Below, piece after piece: positions 33,731-34,465 of a stretch of DNA of 34,465 nucleotides. Positions within the stretch are counted from its first letter, which is position 1. Each line of letters starts with the position of its first letter. Made by a program: the position numbers and the translations under genes. Source of the DNA: Bacteroidota bacterium. GTDB taxonomy: Bacteria > Bacteroidota > Ignavibacteria > UBA10030 > UBA8401. The notes under the pieces are model-generated. The model did no database searches and had not been told where the DNA came from. It was given only the letters and a program-made list of their open reading frames with translations. Location of the stretch: the NCBI GenBank assembly GCA_041665225.1, contig JBAYJG010000002.1, positions 1 to 34,465 on the forward strand, given 5' to 3'.

Positions 33731-34465
33731 ATGAAAAAGACTCTTCTCAAGTTTACTCTGTTTTTCGTTCTTTTCTTCCCAATATTTCTACAATCACAGA
33801 TCCCCAAAGCGATTTCCTATGAAGGTGTTTTGCTAAAAGACGGCAAAGCGTATCACGGAAATGCAACATTCGTTTTTACATTGTTGAAGGGAAATACTGT
33901 TGTTTGGACAAGTTTGCCAAAGGAAATTCAAGTTACTAATGGATTGTTTGGAACAATCTTAGGTCCATTTCACGACACACTCAGTTTCTTTGGGATCGAT
34001 TCCCTGGGAATCACATATGACGGAATCGAATTATCCCCAAAAGCAGCGTTTACTGCAGTCGCATACAGTTTGAATGCCTTTCATGCACTTATTGCAGATT
34101 CAACAACAAAACCAGGGCCGAAAGGCGATAAGGGTGATCTCGGCGCCGCTGGTGTGAAGGGTGAAAATGGACTTGATGGAGCTTCCGGTGCTCAAGGCAT
34201 CGCAGGTGCAAATGGGCTTCAAGGTAATCAAGGATTGAAGGGTGACACTGGTCTCGATGGATCTGCAGGAGTTCAAGGACTCAAAGGAGATAATGGATCG
34301 CAAGGTGTTCAGGGACTGAAGGGAGATATTGGTCTGGATGGATCTACTGGATCACAGGGACTACAAGGTAATCAAGGATTGAAGGGTGACACTGGTCTCG
34401 ATGGATCTGCAGGAGTTCAAGGACTCAAAGGAGATAATGGATCGCAAGGTGTTCAGGGACTGAAG
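33731..34465 (+). CDS. Secreted collagen-like triple-helix-repeat protein, 3'-truncated by the window edge
   Basis: This ORF is absent from the ORF track because it has no stop in the window. ATG 33731 follows GAGG. The signal peptide is MKKTLLKFTLFFVLFFPIFLQSQ. A ~100-aa N-terminal domain is followed from ~34111 by uninterrupted G-X-Y triplets (GPKGDKGDLGAAGVKGENGLDGASGAQG...) to the window end. Confidence 0.8.
   Translation, partial: MKKTLLKFTLFFVLFFPIFLQSQIPKAISYEGVLLKDGKAYHGNATFVFTLLKGNTVVWTSLPKEIQVTNGLFGTILGPFHDTLSFFGIDSLGITYDGIELSPKAAFTAVAYSLNAFHALIADSTTKPGPKGDKGDLGAAGVKGENGLDGASGAQGIAGANGLQGNQGLKGDTGLDGSAGVQGLKGDNGSQGVQGLKGDIGLDGSTGSQGLQGNQGLKGDTGLDGSAGVQGLKGDNGSQGVQGLK
34220..34465 (+). 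repeat. Tandem 144-nt (48-aa, 16 GXY) repeat inside the collagen-like gene
   Basis: 34220-34321 is repeated exactly at 34364-34465 (102 nt, running off the window). Confidence 0.85.

Noticed and set aside
1-34465. Search by eye for CRISPR repeats, tRNA T-loop signatures (GGTTCGAATCC-like), transposase/integrase/recombinase genes, toxin-antitoxin pairs and known defence-system ATPases or nucleases.
   Set aside because: None were seen. The only exact repeats are intragenic (the collagen-like gene), and the other repeats are diverged protein-domain repeats.

Overview
Gene-dense 34.5-kb window with nearly all genes on the + strand. I recognised no rRNA, tRNA, CRISPR array, transposase or integrase by eye. 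Two secreted proteins end in the NYPNPFN...YFYR(L/I) type-9-secretion C-terminal sorting domain, so the source is probably an FCB-superphylum bacterium (Bacteroidota/Ignavibacteriota-like; inference only). Several genes nevertheless have clear Shine-Dalgarno sites. Layout: (i) 1-13.4 kb is a cell-surface block. It holds two paralogous Thr/Gly/Asn-rich beta-helix-like giants (3-3344, 5'-truncated; 3520-5187), an orphan Arg/Pro-rich tandem-repeat ORF (5353-6306), and a ~1400-aa protein with beta-helix-like, 7x Ig-like, dockerin-like and T9SS-CTD regions (6759-10997) with a translationally coupled lipoprotein. It also holds a small coiled-coil lipoprotein and a GH16 glucanase with a T9SS CTD. (ii) 13.9-20.3 kb: CxxC membrane protein, MBL hydrolase, ECF-S-like permease, Tat-DUF362, membrane polyferredoxin, M28 peptidase. 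(iii) 20.3-22.5 kb: frameshifted Tat-Rieske gene, TonB-C lipoprotein, thioesterase, methyltransferase. (iv) 22.7-26.0 kb is a thiol/persulfide block: CoA-disulfide-reductase-like flavoprotein with a degenerate rhodanese domain, an active rhodanese, and thioredoxin-like, DUF2892-like and DUF1858-like proteins. (v) 26.0-31.6 kb is a sigma-54 module: NtrC-type regulator, tandem palindromic UAS plus -24/-12 promoter, two paralogous secreted DGDGICD/Gly-Lys-rich mini-proteins, an orphan beta-barrel and a sensor kinase. (vi) Glutamine synthetase and a 3'-truncated collagen-like (GXY) protein. The best candidates for something undescribed are the sigma-54-wired mini-protein/barrel module and the orphan repeat ORF, together with its relics in the leaders of the adhesin genes.
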